A stretch of 64,000 nucleotides of DNA from Octopus sinensis (Eukaryota), in contig NC_043000.1 in NCBI RefSeq assembly GCF_006345805.1, forward strand, positions 66,278,001-66,342,000, written 5' to 3'. Positions 1 through 12,269 of the stretch are shown piece after piece. The notes under the pieces are model-generated. The model did no database searches and was not told the origin of the DNA. It was given only the letters and a program-made list of their open reading frames with translations. The number at the start of each line of letters is the position of its first letter. Position 1 is the first letter of the stretch. Both the position numbers and the translations under genes were made by a program.

Positions 1-1132
1 AAAAATACTCCCCCAGTGCTGTTCTGACCTTGTCTACAGAATTCATATGTTTTCAGTCCAAATGATTTTGGAGACTGTGGAATAAATGATAATCAGATAG
101 GGCAATGTCTAGTGAATGTAGAGGGTGGGGCATCGTTTCCCATTCAAACTACTCCAGCCTTTGGAATGTCATCCTCGCTGTATGTGGCCAAGCATTATCC
201 TGATGGAAGAACACCATTCATCTTGAAACCAAAGATGGTCATTTTTCTTCAAGTGTTGACTTAAGCTGCTCAAGCTGCTCACAGTAGATCTCCTTTGTTA
301 TTGTTTGGTTTGGACTTAAAAGTTCAAAGTGGACTAAACCTTTTGTATCTCATCAAACAGATAACAGCACCTTACGTGGATGAAGACCTTCTTTAGTCTG
401 GGGTGCTGGTGTTTCTCTTTTCCCTTCCCACTGTCTTTGGCACTTGACATTTTTATAGAGAACACATTTCTCGTCACCAGTCACTATTCACTCTCAAAAA
501 GGTTCATTTGTGAGACATAACATCAAAGAAGAGCACACATTCACTCTCTGCACGTGATTAGACTTGGAAAGTTTGTGAAGAACCCATCGACCCAATTTGC
601 TCACTTTTCTGATGGCATGCAGGTGCTGATGAATGGTTGAATAAATAAATTCAAGCATCTCTGATAGATCCTCAACAGTTATGATGGGATTTTGTTCCAT
701 CAGAGTTTACAGGACGTTGTTGTCAAGCTCTACAGATCTTCCAAGATGAGGCTCGTCTTCTAGGCTGTAGGCTTGGAATTTCTGGAGCCACCATTGACAC
801 TGGCTTGTGCTTATTGCCCAATCCCTATATACTGCATTAATATTCTTCACAATTTCTGTTGTATTGTTGCCTTTATTGAACTCATAAAGCAAAATATGCT
901 GAATATGCTCCTTTGTCACTTTCATTATAGCTTTGAAAACTTAACTCTTAAAATCAAACTACATACTTCAACACTTCAAAACTTGCACTAAGAATAAAAA
1001 AAACAGGGTAAAATTACTACCTGCTTTTATAGCAAGTTGATGCAGGTAGTTTGTCCCATCCCCCTCCAACTTAGTTCATGCAATTTAGTTCATGCAATTG
1101 AAAAAAACTACATTATTTATGAGATGCCCCAG
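1..1132 (-). mobile_element. Mariner DNA transposon, degenerate, runs off the left edge
   Basis: Minus-strand pieces MKVTKEHIQHILLYEFNKG (HTH), KLGRWVLHKL (WVPHEL-like) and YSLDIALSDYHLFHSLQNHL (YSPDLAPSDY-like); TIR CTGGGGCATCTCATAAATAATG ends at 1132, followed by TA. Confidence 0.9.
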
Positions 1133-1154
1133 TATATATATATACACACATACA

Positions 1155-2221
1155 GTCCGGGTTTCACACCAATACAGCAGAGTTGATACGACAACAGCTC
1201 GATAGATCATGAGCTTTGTTTTGAATGTCAGATCCTTGTTGCAAAAGACCCTGGTTTTGAAATGACCAAAAGAAGCATGACCTGATTGGATGCAATGTTC
1301 AATATCCTTATCAGATCCTGTAGTGGGTGACAGAAAACTTCCAAAATAGCAGAAATCCTCAACAACCTCAATTGATTGGTTGTTGATGGCGATGTTGGGG
1401 TTGTCAAGGTTGGTATGAGGAACTGGTTGAGCCAGCACTTTGGTTTTGGCGATGTTCACTTTCAGGCCGAAGGTTTGATAAGCTCTGCTGAAGTTGTTTA
1501 TTGAGGTTTGGACGTCTTCTGCTTTTGAAGCTGGGGCTGCGTTATTATCAGTGTATTGAAGCTTAGTGATCTTGTGCTCTCAACAGACATGTCTTGATTA
1601 GAAATGCAAGATGTTAAAAAGTCCCCATCAAATCTACATTTGAGTAGGGACATGAAGAAACTAGAGTGCTTTCATCAATCCAAACTTCACTCTATCCTGA
1701 ACATCAACTGGGAAGATTCCATCACCAACAACTCTGTGCTTGAAAGATCAGGTCTCCTGAGCATCAAAGCCTTGATCATTGAACATCGTCTCCGATGGTC
1801 AGGTCACGTCCGTCGGATGAATGAACATTGCCTTCCCAAGATCTGTCTCTATGGTGAACTGTCTGAAGGAAAACGTCCTCATTGAGCCCCCTTGAGGTGG
1901 TACAAGGACCAACTCAAATCAACCCTGAAGAGCACCAACATTCACCCCGCACAGAACCCTCTGGAGACACACCATCAAAACAGGTTCTGCAGACTTTGAG
2001 AAAGCCCGAGTCGCAAAAGCTGAACTCAAGAGACGGGAGAGAAAGCAGCACCTTCTCCTTCCCAAACCAGCCCCTTCTATCCCTTGTCCACAATATCCCC
2101 GTATGTTTCATGCAACCCTTGGATTGTGAAGCCATCTGCGGTTCAAACACCTAGGAAAATGAACTGGATTGCAAGCTCGGAAACACGAGATGCAGCCAAC
2201 AACAACAACAACAACAACAAC
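1155..2221 (+). mobile_element. 5'-truncated RTE-clade LINE with inverted 5' half (1155-1642 minus, 1643-2221 plus) and (AAC)n tail
   Basis: Minus part encodes LQYTDN (YADD-like)...GLKVNIAKTK...STLLYWCET. Plus part continues SRDMKKLECFHQ...RLRWSGHVRRM...KRPH and a C-terminal C2H2-like segment. ACACACATACA flanks both ends (1144-1154, 2222-2232). Confidence 0.85.
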
Positions 2222-2236
2222 ACACACATACATATA

Positions 2237-2560
2237 CAGGGTGTGATGGGTAAATTGTTGCCATTTTATATCTTTAATTTTATGCATGCACATTGTTTAT
2301 TTTTGATTTTCTCGACTACACAGTACAATAGGGCCAGTTGGGCACTGTCTGTGAGAAAAACAGCACCATGACGTAATTTACTCTGCCAAGAACTTGGAAA
2401 GGACATGCTGTACTGCATGGCATTTGCACTGAAAGCTCCAATATGAACATTTCAGAGTGTTGGGTATCAATCTGAGTCCCCAAAACATGTACTTTTTTTT
2501 TGTCCCTCGGTTACAATTTCATCATCTGACACAAGATCACCTCCTCCAATCTTTCAAAGG
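2237..2560 (+). mobile_element. Tc1/mariner-type 5' end fragment
   Basis: TA followed by CAGGGTGTGATGGGTAAATTGTTGCC, a TIR-like start; decayed transposase N-terminus follows; right boundary approximate. Confidence 0.5.
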
Positions 2561-2689
2561 ATCTTTGTCTTCTTTCTCTAACACCCCCTCTTCTCCCTCA
2601 GAGGATCTTTGTCTTGAATGTTACTTGGTAACCCTGCCAGTGTTTGATGCCACTCAAATCAAAAAGCTTCTGCTCCACACTGTAAAGTG

Positions 2690-2939
2690 GTTGGCATTTG
2701 GAAATGCATCCAGTTGTAAAAACCATGCCAAAACTGACCTTGCCTGTGCTTATTCCATGCAAAAAGCACTCTGTCCACCCTAGTGGGGGGTTGGTATTAG
2801 GAAGGGCATCCTGGTGTAAAAACTATGCCAAAACAGACACAGAAGTCTGGTGCAGGCTCCTGCCTAGCCAGCTCCTGTCACACTGTCCAACCCATGCCAG
2901 CATGGAAGAGAGATATTAAACGATGATGAGGATGATGAT
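2690..2939 (+). mobile_element. Short copy of the RTE 3'-end cassette with (GAT)n tail
   Basis: TTAGGAAGGGCATCC...CCAACCCATGCCAGCATGGAA...GATGATGA matches the 3' end of the LINEs at 34.2 kb and 59.3 kb. Confidence 0.75.
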
Positions 2940-3007
2940 TACATACATACATATATACATACATACATACATACATACATACATGCATACATACATACAT
3001 ACATATA

Positions 3008-3038
<31 letters not shown>
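2940..3038. repeat. (TACA)n microsatellite
   Basis: Directly visible tetranucleotide run. Confidence 0.95.
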
Positions 3039-3041
<3 letters not shown>

Positions 3042-5130
3042 ATAATAATAAAATTATTGTATACAGTGCTCAGGTGCACCACAACTTGTCAAAAAGTGCA
3101 TATAAAGTATATGCAGTAATGTACAAATGTCTGGAAAACGAACAGTGTATGAGTCAGATACATGCTTGCGTGTGTATGGAGGGGAGAAAATCAGGTGTAG
3201 TGTTGGTGAATCTCAGGAAGCATGGAAGTTTTGAAAGATGCAGTGCTCTGACAACTAACAACTGATGTCAGCAGTTTGTTCCATACTTCAGCAACTCTTA
3301 GCGTGAAAAAATGTTTCCGAAAGTCATGGGAGCTATGTTGTTTTCTGACTTTGTAAACATGTCCATGGGTGTTAGACAGGTGGATTTTGAAAAGGTGCTC
3401 AGAGTTATTGTTTGTAAGATGGTTAATAATTTTATGGGTGTCTGCCAAGTCAGTTGCCAGACGTCGGAGTTTCAATGTGTCCAGGCCCAGGGAAGTAAGG
3501 CGTTCAGAATATGGTAAATGCCTGATGGAGGGTATTCTCTTGGTTGCACGTTGCTGAACGGCTTCCAGACGATTAATATCCTGGGTAAGATAGGGGTTCC
3601 AGACCGGTGATGCAAATTCCAGGTGAGGTCTTACCTTAGCTATATAAAGCCACAGATAGATAGCCAGAGAGCGGCTCACAAAGGACTTGGTGAGTGATGC
3701 CAAGACACCCTCAGCTTTCTTGGCAATTTTAGCGGTGTTTTGTCCAACGCAAATCGCTGTTGACAATAACGCCCAGGTCATGTTCACATGAAGACTTTTT
3801 GAGATTAGTGTTGTGGAGGGAGTAAGTAGATGCTGGGTTTTTCTTCCCAAAATGCATGGTGGTACATTTGTTCATAGCCAGCTTGAGTTGCCAGTCCATG
3901 ATCCACTGCTGCATTGTGTCCAGGTCTGATTGCAATAGAGATCTATAGTGTACAGGAGCTGACCTCTTTATTTCAAGGTACAGCTCGATGTCATCTGCAT
4001 ATTTCAGCACTGTGGCATTCTTTAAGTTGGAATCTATGTGATTAACATATGCTGCAAATAAAAGGGAGCCAAGAACAGATCCCTGTTGTACACCAGATGT
4101 CATCTCATAGGGTGAAGGGTGCTGTCCTAGAACTGTGATAACCTCTTTTCGGCCGATAATAAAGGACTTCAACAGTTATAGAGATCGTCTCTTACACCAT
4201 AAGTTTTTTTGTGTGGCACAGAGTTAAAAGCCTTAGCAAAGTCCAGGTAAACGACATCCATCCAGGATCCGCGATTAGTGATTTGGGTAACGTCCTCAAG
4301 AAACTAGATGAGTTGATTACAGCAGCTGGAGTTAGGAATAAAACCAAATTGTGACGGCTGGATGAGGCTGTGAGACTTCCAGAAGTTTCAGAGGGTTTCC
4401 CTGATACAGGATTCCATCAGTTTGGTGATGCAGCTAGTAAGACTAATGGGGCAATAGTTGACAGGCGATGTGCGGTCACCTTTTTTGAACATAGGGTAAC
4501 ACTGGCAGTTTTCCACTGCTCTGGAGTAACATTGTCAAGACAAAATTGGAAGAATAGAGAAAGTTGGCTTAGAAGAAAGTACCCACTGTGTTTGAGAAGT
4601 AGGTATGTAACACCATCAAGACCAGGAGAGGCATAGTTGTGTTTATTCTTAAGGTGGTGTTGTAGCATTGCTGGTGTAAATTTCATAGTAGATATGGAGT
4701 CCGGTGTCAGAGGTGATGGAGGTAGAACATTTTGATCTTCAACAGTAAAAATGCCTGCATAGCATCCAGCAATGATTTCTGCACATTCTTTTGGGATTGC
4801 CAGTAATCTGCCCTGTGTGAGGATTGTGAAGGGGACCAACTGGAGAGTGAGGTCTCTGCATTGAGTGTACATACTTCCAGAACACTTTGCTGTCAGGGTT
4901 GGTTGCTATGCGTTGTTCGAATCCAAGCACTGCCTTTTTTGTCACCTGCTTGAGGTGGTTGGCTGATCTATTGCGTTTTTTCCTGTTGATCTCTGATTTG
5001 TGCAATTTGTATTCCTGTTCAGCATTATGGCGTTCTTTCCTGGCAAGTCGGACTGCTGCAGTCTCCCAAATTGCACTATTGGGTGGGTTTTTTGTGCTTG
5101 CGTGGTACTGATGCTGCACATGCCACCCAT
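3039..5130 (-). mobile_element. CR1/L2-group LINE, 5'-truncated, frameshifted RT
   Basis: ORF pieces QGSVLGSLLF, KYADDIELY, RPHLEFASPVWNPY...RATKRIPSIRHLPYSERL, FFTLRVAEVWNKL; (ATT)n-type tail at about 3040-3050. Confidence 0.9.
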
Positions 5131-5384
5131 ATTGAATTCAGAATGTTCTGAAGTATATAAAATTAAAATCCAATGCAAGGAAAACATTCTCCTCTATAGG
5201 GATGGAAACGTCCAATTTTTCACTGGTTTAGCAGTTTTATACTCAATATAGCAGAGATAAACTTTTCCACAATTCAAATGGGTATATATTCAATATACAA
5301 ATTTATTGACATATTTTAATTTATTAACATAATATTATGATATTGTTATAATATAATATAATATAATATAATATAAATATAATG

Positions 5385-5469
5385 ATCCTACAATTGCTTC
5401 AAGTCAGACCCATTAAACATGAATTTTTATAAATTCATTATTGGGTCTGAAATGAAGCAATTATAGGAT
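5385..5469. repeat. Imperfect palindrome/hairpin
   Basis: Arms 5385-5412 and 5442-5469 are near reverse complements; inner ATGAATTT/AAATTCAT pair around a TTAT loop. Confidence 0.8.
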
Positions 5470-5503
5470 TATGATATTTATATTTATATTATATTATAAT
5501 AAT

Positions 5504-5887
5504 ACGTGCCGGTGGCACGTAAAAAGCACCATTCGAGCGTGATCGCTACCAGCATCGCCTTATTGGCACTTGTGCCGGTGGTATGTGAAAAAACATTCAA
5601 GTGAGGTCGTTGCCAGTGCTGCTGGACTGGCTCCTGTGCAGGTGGCATGTAAAAAAACACCATTTCAGCGTGGCCGTTTCCAGTACCACCTGACTGGCCC
5701 TCGTGCCATTGGCACGTAAAAGCACCCACTACACTCTTGGAGTGGTTGGCGTTAGGAAGGGCATCCAGCTGTAGAAACTCTGCCAGATCAAGATTGGAGC
5801 CTGGTGCAGCCATCTGGTTCGCCAGTCCTCAGTCAAATCGTCCAACCCATGCTAGCATGGAAAGCAAACGTTAAATGATGATGATGA
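5504..5887 (+). mobile_element. SINE-like copy of the RTE 3' end with about four GTGCCGGTGGCAC-TAAAA-CACC modules
   Basis: Same terminal cassette and (GAT)n tail as the RTE LINEs; no ORF. Confidence 0.8.
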
Positions 5888-6690
5888 ATGTTATAAATTA
5901 AAATGTGTCAATTGTAAATCTTTTACTTTTCATTTTTATGTATATATGCACACACACACACACACATATATATAAATGTATATATGTATATGCACATCAT
6001 ACACACACACACATTTACATACAGTCTATCATGTGGTGTACATAGACACATAAATGGCTCTTCTATGTTGGTATTAGTGTCATAAAACTAGTTTGACACA
6101 TTAGAGTAGAAGATATTGTGCAGACTTTTATCTTTATTACAAGGTGATATCAGAATTTCCTGAACCAGGCCTGAAAAAATTACACCAATACTACAGTAAA
6201 TAATGTATTTTATTTATTATTTATATTCAGGCACCATCCCCTTTGAAATAGTTCCCTTGGGATTGTACACAACAATCCCAGCATATTTTCAACATCTTAA
6301 AAGCATTATGGAAGTCATCTTCCTGAAACTGTCCAATGCCATTTGTAATTCCCTTTCAGTTTCATCAACTGTCTTAAAATAGTTGCTGTTCAAATTCAAT
6401 TTTATTTCAGAAAACAGTTACAAGCAAACAGGTCAGGTGAGTACAGTGTGTTTATGTGGAACAAGTACCATTTTGTTCTTTTTTGTTAAAAAAAAAATCT
6501 ATTCTCTTGAGGGTGGGGCAAGCAAGCACATTGTCATGAGACAAAGGCTAGTACAAACTGAAAACTTAACGATACCACTTATATATATATATATATATAG
6601 TAAGGAAAAATTTTTTTAAAAATGCAGAATGCTCAAATGAAAGAAAATTTTAATAAAATGAGAAATTGATAAAATATATAAATATATATT

Positions 6691-6731
6691 TATTCAACCG
6701 GTTTTCGTCATTGTATGACTTGTCAAGAATA
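6691..6731 (-). ncRNA. Decayed minimal type-I hammerhead ribozyme motif
   Basis: Minus strand TATTC-TTGACAA-GTCA-TACAA-TGAC-GAAAACCGGTT-GAATA: 5-bp stem I, 4-bp stem II, palindromic stem III, core differing from CTGACGA at two positions. Confidence 0.55.
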
Positions 6732-7164
6732 TTTATGTTTTAAATATGTTACTTGATGACAGGGGATAGCAAGCCAGAAGACTGCATTAGGCTTCACCAT
6801 CTGTTTTGACATGGTTTTTATAGCTGGATGCCCTTCCTGGCACCAGCTACATTACAGAGGGAACTGGGTGTTTTTTACATAGCACCAGCACTAGTGAGAT
6901 CTGTTTTGACATGGTTTTTATGGTTGGATGCCCTTCCAAACACCAACCACCTTACAGAATTGACTAGATGCTTATTTATGTGACCAGTGAGGTCATCAAG
7001 TAACTTGCAAGAGGAAGATCCTTTGAAATGTGGGGTGGTATTGTTGGCGGTAGCTTTGTGCCAGGTGATGAGAGATTGGAGTATGACAGATGGACAGAAA
7101 CAGTTGTCTTGCTGCAGAGAAGATAGATGGTTAACATAGTTAATCCTGTCATAAGGAGAAAGGA

Positions 7165-7167
<3 letters not shown>

Positions 7168-7248
<81 letters not shown>
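7168..7248. repeat. (GA)n microsatellite
   Basis: Directly visible. Confidence 0.95.
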
Positions 7249-7250
<2 letters not shown>

Positions 7251-7329
7251 TGAAAGCATTTCCTTTGTGCTACCAGATGCTTTCTCTTCTCCTTAGAATC
7301 TCTTCCTTATAAAATCCAGAGCTCTCTCA

Positions 7330-7720
7330 TTTGGGTGAGGGACACCTGCATCAGGACAATGCACCAATATGCACTCCCATCCTGGTGACCAATTACTGAA
7401 CAGAAATAGGCATCAAAACTGTCCCGCACCCTTCCTACAGTCAAGACCTTGTTCTCTGTGTCCTTTTGGTTGTTCCCTAAGCTGAAGGAGAAATTTAGGC
7501 GTAGTTTTGAAGACATTCAGAAGATAATGGAAGTTGTGACAAGAGTCCTGAAAACCTTCATTTTGAAGGACTCCCAGAGATCTTCATGAAGTGGCTGGAA
7601 TTTTACAACAAGTGCACTGAAGTTAGAGGGATTTACAGGAAGATTAGAGTTTTGTACCTTTCTGAAATTGATAAATGTCTCTCCTGAAAAGTCTCAAAAC
7701 TTCTGGAAAAGTTCTTCTTA
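7330..7720 (+). mobile_element. Mariner transposase C-terminal fragment
   Basis: HLHQDNAP, HPSYSQDL, FWLFPKLK and a KW...KC-like ending, followed by a TIR-like end near 7720. Confidence 0.7.
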
Positions 7721-7946
7721 TATGTATATATATAAATTTCTATATATATGTCCTCAAAGTGGTTGTGGGGTGGCTGCTTCCCCTGTCAGCATGTGTATAT
7801 ACTCTATGTACTCCTCTTACACCATTAAGAGTATTTTAACTCTTATTTCTAGCAATATAGGTGCTCCGGCATCCTAAGTCACAGTTAATGATGATTTAAT
7901 TTTTTCCTTTATGGTGTCACATTGCACCTGGCTGTTTATATTAATT

Positions 7947-7962
7947 TGTGTGTGTGTGTGTT

Positions 7963-8053
<91 letters not shown>
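7947..8053. repeat. (GT)n microsatellite
   Basis: Directly visible. Confidence 0.95.
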
Positions 8054-8056
<3 letters not shown>

Positions 8057-8782
8057 CATGTATGTATATATGCACATACATTCATATAAATATTCATTCA
8101 TATGTACATGGAGACAGACAGACAGATATATAGATAGATATTTGTCACACCTAATAAGTCCAAGTATTCTGAAAACTTTTACATATCTTCACTGTTCCCT
8201 TGATTGGCTGGAAGTGTCAAATGTGAATGTGTTATTCTGTATTCTTGTTAAGAGAATCTCTGTTTTCCTAGACATTTGTAGTTCTGCTTTATTTAGCAAT
8301 TAAGTGAGCCAGTAAGCATGGGTGTGAATGAGAATCTGTTGTTAAAGTAGAATGTATATGTTAATGAGTATTTGTGTATTTCCAGCTCAAGACATAGTGA
8401 AGATGCCAAAATGTTGGGTATCATTTGAAAATAGGTCAGAAGCACTTTTAGTAGGTCAACAATAGCAGTCACAACAGAAGAAAAAATCTTTTAATGATAT
8501 AATACCAAACATCTATAATATAATAAGCTATTACAAAGGGATAGGTTTTTTTTTAAGTGGTTTTTACCACATAATAACTAAAACTGTACTGAAATTGAGT
8601 TTTATATACTGTAAAGAGTATAAGTAGAGAGATTCTGTAAGCTGGCTTAGAAGATGAACTAACAGTAGCTGTACTGGCCATCACGTCTTGTATTGATAGT
8701 AAGAAATTAACAAGGCATATGCGAAAATGTTCTTGGAGGCCCATACTAAACTAATACTATCTCGTTACAGGATGTAACATAT

Positions 8783-10090
8783 ATGTATGCGTGTATGTAT
8801 GTATGTATGTATGTATGTATGTATGTATGTATGTATGTATGTATGTCATTATTCAGTTTATTTCAAGATTTCTTGCCAATAGAGAAAGAACCAATTTCTA
8901 ACCTAGATCCAAGGCTCCTTCATTGGAATTTCAACATCAACAAGAGGGTATTTTTGTTTTGTATGTATGTATTTGCAGATTTGTATGTTTTTGTATGTAT
9001 TCTCATGCATATAGTTGCATATCTAGACTTGCTCATATATATTTAAATGGTAAACTTCTGGAAAGTTTTACAGCTTTTTACAGTTCCAGTGATGGATTGA
9101 ATATGTAGTTTTCAAATTAGCTTTCTCCTTTCTGGTTTTAAGAAGCCTAATTTCTCAAGATTGGTATTTAGATAATGTGTTACATATCCCAGGACCCCAA
9201 TAATTACAGGTATAACCCTGGACTTGTAATCTGGATAGAGTAACTGCAGATTTCTCAACAGTTCAGCATAGGTGTTCTCTTTTCCACTGATCTTTAGCTT
9301 CATGTTAACATCTGCTGGGCAGCTAATTTCCATAACTGTGCACAGTTTTTCTTCTCTATCTGAAATCATTATATCAGGTTTGTTGTGCTTACATTTTATT
9401 GAGGTCTTCACTGGTACAATTTTATTATGAGTGCTGATAGCTTCTTATTTCTTTGTGCTTGGGATTATCCTTCTGACGGATTTCATTATAGAGTGTCCTA
9501 GCTACAATGTCATGTCTCATTGGTAGATAATACCGTGATGATATTTTTGGACAACTACTTTTGATGTGGGTGATATCTTCAGTGTGAGCTCCACGAAGTC
9601 TGCATCAGTTGTCACACTTTATGGCTTTACCTGCATCTCTATCCCTTTTGTGCCTCAGGTACTTGGTTGATATTTCCTGTTCCTGGATTGCAAATGCATA
9701 CCCTTCAAGGTGGGAGGTAGTAATCCGGCTATTGGTCCATGATAAACTGCTTTGATGATTTATGTTACTATCATCATGGAGCTTTCTAGTAACTTATCCA
9801 TGTATAGTCTTCTGCTCATATAGGGTCATCCTTTCATCTGATGATATATTGTGGTAGAGTCGTGCGACTTCTTTGGATATGTATTCTAGGTTATCAGACA
9901 AAAAGTGTTGCTCAGAGAGCTGCCTTCCAAGTCTTATGATGTCATCAGCTTCATGTATGCAAACTTGGTCAAGTGATGCACTTTGACACTTGGTGGTTAA
10001 AAGGTGTTGCTGAAGGGGTATGATGTGACATTCAAAGGATTTTGGATCGATGATAAGGCCCTGCCGCTTTTAGGTAGAGGCGGTCTACAT
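8783..10090 (-). mobile_element. 3' fragment of an RLE-type (R4/Dong-like) non-LTR retrotransposon with (TACA)n tail
   Basis: ORF 9112-9411 KHNKPDIMISDREEKLCTVMEISCP...IPVIIGVLG fits the PD-(D/E)xK restriction-like endonuclease; decayed Cys/His knuckle-like region upstream; 3' UTR runs into (TATG)n at 8783-8845. Confidence 0.75.
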
Positions 10091-11328
10091 CACTGTTTAT
10101 GTGGAAATTATGTATGTATGCATGCATGCATGTCTGTCTGTATGTATGCAAATATATGAGAATATGCATTTATAAACAAATACTATAGCTATGTCTACAT
10201 CTATGTGTGTGTATGTGTGCATGCATACAAAAATATGCATGTGTGTGAGTGCAAGAACAGGCATGTGAGTATGCATGTGAATATGTATATACATGTGCAA
10301 GAATATTGATGTGCGTATACATAAGAATATTCATGCATGTATAATAATATTCATTTATGTATTTATTCTATTCGTTAAATATAGAAAAAATGAAGTGAAG
10401 AGTAAGGCACTGGACTAATCAGTTAACAGTGTTAAGTTTTGTCTCTCAATAATTTAAGTTCAATCCATGTCAGCAAATTTTGTCTTTCATTTCTCTAACT
10501 CTGATAAAATAAGCACCTGGCACGGACTGAGATGAGTTCAGTTAATTACATCTGCTCCTTCAGACTTTTGCAGCCTTGTACCTGAGTAAGAAATCTTTGT
10601 TATTAACTTAATAGTTATGAATGCGTACATAAATGTTCCAGATTAGAATTAATTTATATTTTAGATAAGTGTCTAAAATTGCAATGTGATGTTATAAAAT
10701 AATTATTCATGGATAAGCAATTAGAAAGTAGAAAGTTTATTTCAATTTTATATCTAAGTAAATAATAATGCAATAAGTCTCCCATGCATATTCACATATA
10801 TAAACATATGAGAAAATATGTACACACACGCACACACACACACACACACAAACATACACATACACACATATACATATGCTTACAAATGGATACGCACGTT
10901 CATTGTGTATGTAAAGGATGGGTCTGCTATTTTGCAAGAGAATCATTTCCCACTGTTTTGTCAAAGATGTAGGTGTGGTTTATAAATAAAGTAAACAAGT
11001 CTGGATTATTTCTCTTAAAATAAAAACAAAAAAGAAGAGAAAAAAACATTTACATTTGTTACTATTCTATACTTAAATTAATAAAGAATGTATATGTATC
11101 TATTTCTTTTTATGTTGTTAAGTGGCTCACTGGAGTTCTCCAGAAGCAAGTATTTTGTTGTATAATAAGTTAGAGTAGCACCACTTCTCCACAAGCTTGC
11201 AGTAGTCCACAGAATTTATTTTAGCAGAACCACAGTCTGTCGATGATAACTAGCAAGTATTTTGTGATCTTTGATGCTCTCACTGATTGTTCAGTTTGGT
11301 ATTAAATCCTGCTGCCAAATGCCATATC

Positions 11329-11473
11329 CAAGCATGGGCAACCTTTTCCAATAAGTAGGTTGCATGAGACATGGTTCATCAGCTGACAAATCATACTACT
11401 AAATATTTCAAGGTAATTTTCAATCAAGCATGGCATTCAGAAAGTCTCACAGACCACAAGTTGCCCATGACTG
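11329..11473. mobile_element. hAT-type MITE, old
   Basis: Ends CAAGCATGGGCAAC and GTTGCCCATGACTG are near inverted repeats; no clear TSD. Confidence 0.45.
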
Positions 11474-12269
11474 GTCTAATCAATAACTTGATCTTAAAAT
11501 CCTCTGCATGCATGTCACAACTTTGTTAAAACAATTGGAGGTCTGTATGATTGCAGAGAGATGCTAGTACCGTTAATTGTTGTAGTTTACCTAGACACCT
11601 TTCAGTATGTGTGGGGGTGGAGTTCAAGCTCAGAATTCCAATGTCTGGATTAGATGCTGCAAGGCATCTCAACTAACATTTTAACAATTCTGACAATTCA
11701 CTGCATAGACTGGAATTTTTTTTTATTGACTCCCTCCTCCCAAAGGATGAAGCAAAGTTGACCTCAGCACCATTCAAAGTACTGAGTAAATGCTACAACA
11801 CAAGCTATCCAACAATATAACTACTCACCCAGTTTTTTACCAACATACCTAAACAATGAAGCAATATTTTATATTCATGTCTCCTAATGTCTATATAAAT
11901 AATTATTTGGAACTTTTTCTCTATTTCAGATTCATGTTTATAAAGTGTCAAATTACCTTTAATTAAATGTTTATAATTAAGAGTCTCAACCATTTACTTA
12001 ACATCTGCTACTGTTAGTATGTTGTAGGTGTTTTTAAAATTGTAATAGCATGGAAAATTTCAGTGTGAAAACTATGTTAAATGAAAAATATGAAATAAAC
12101 AGGAAATGATCTTTATACGGCTACAAAAATATCTAAGATTCTCATGTGGCAAGTGAGATACATACAAATAAAGGAGATGGTATACTGACACTTTATGGAC
12201 ACTAATTTGAGTGAGCAAAATGTACTTTGTTACTTTAGTGTGATGATTTTGTGTTTTTTAATTTGCTGA

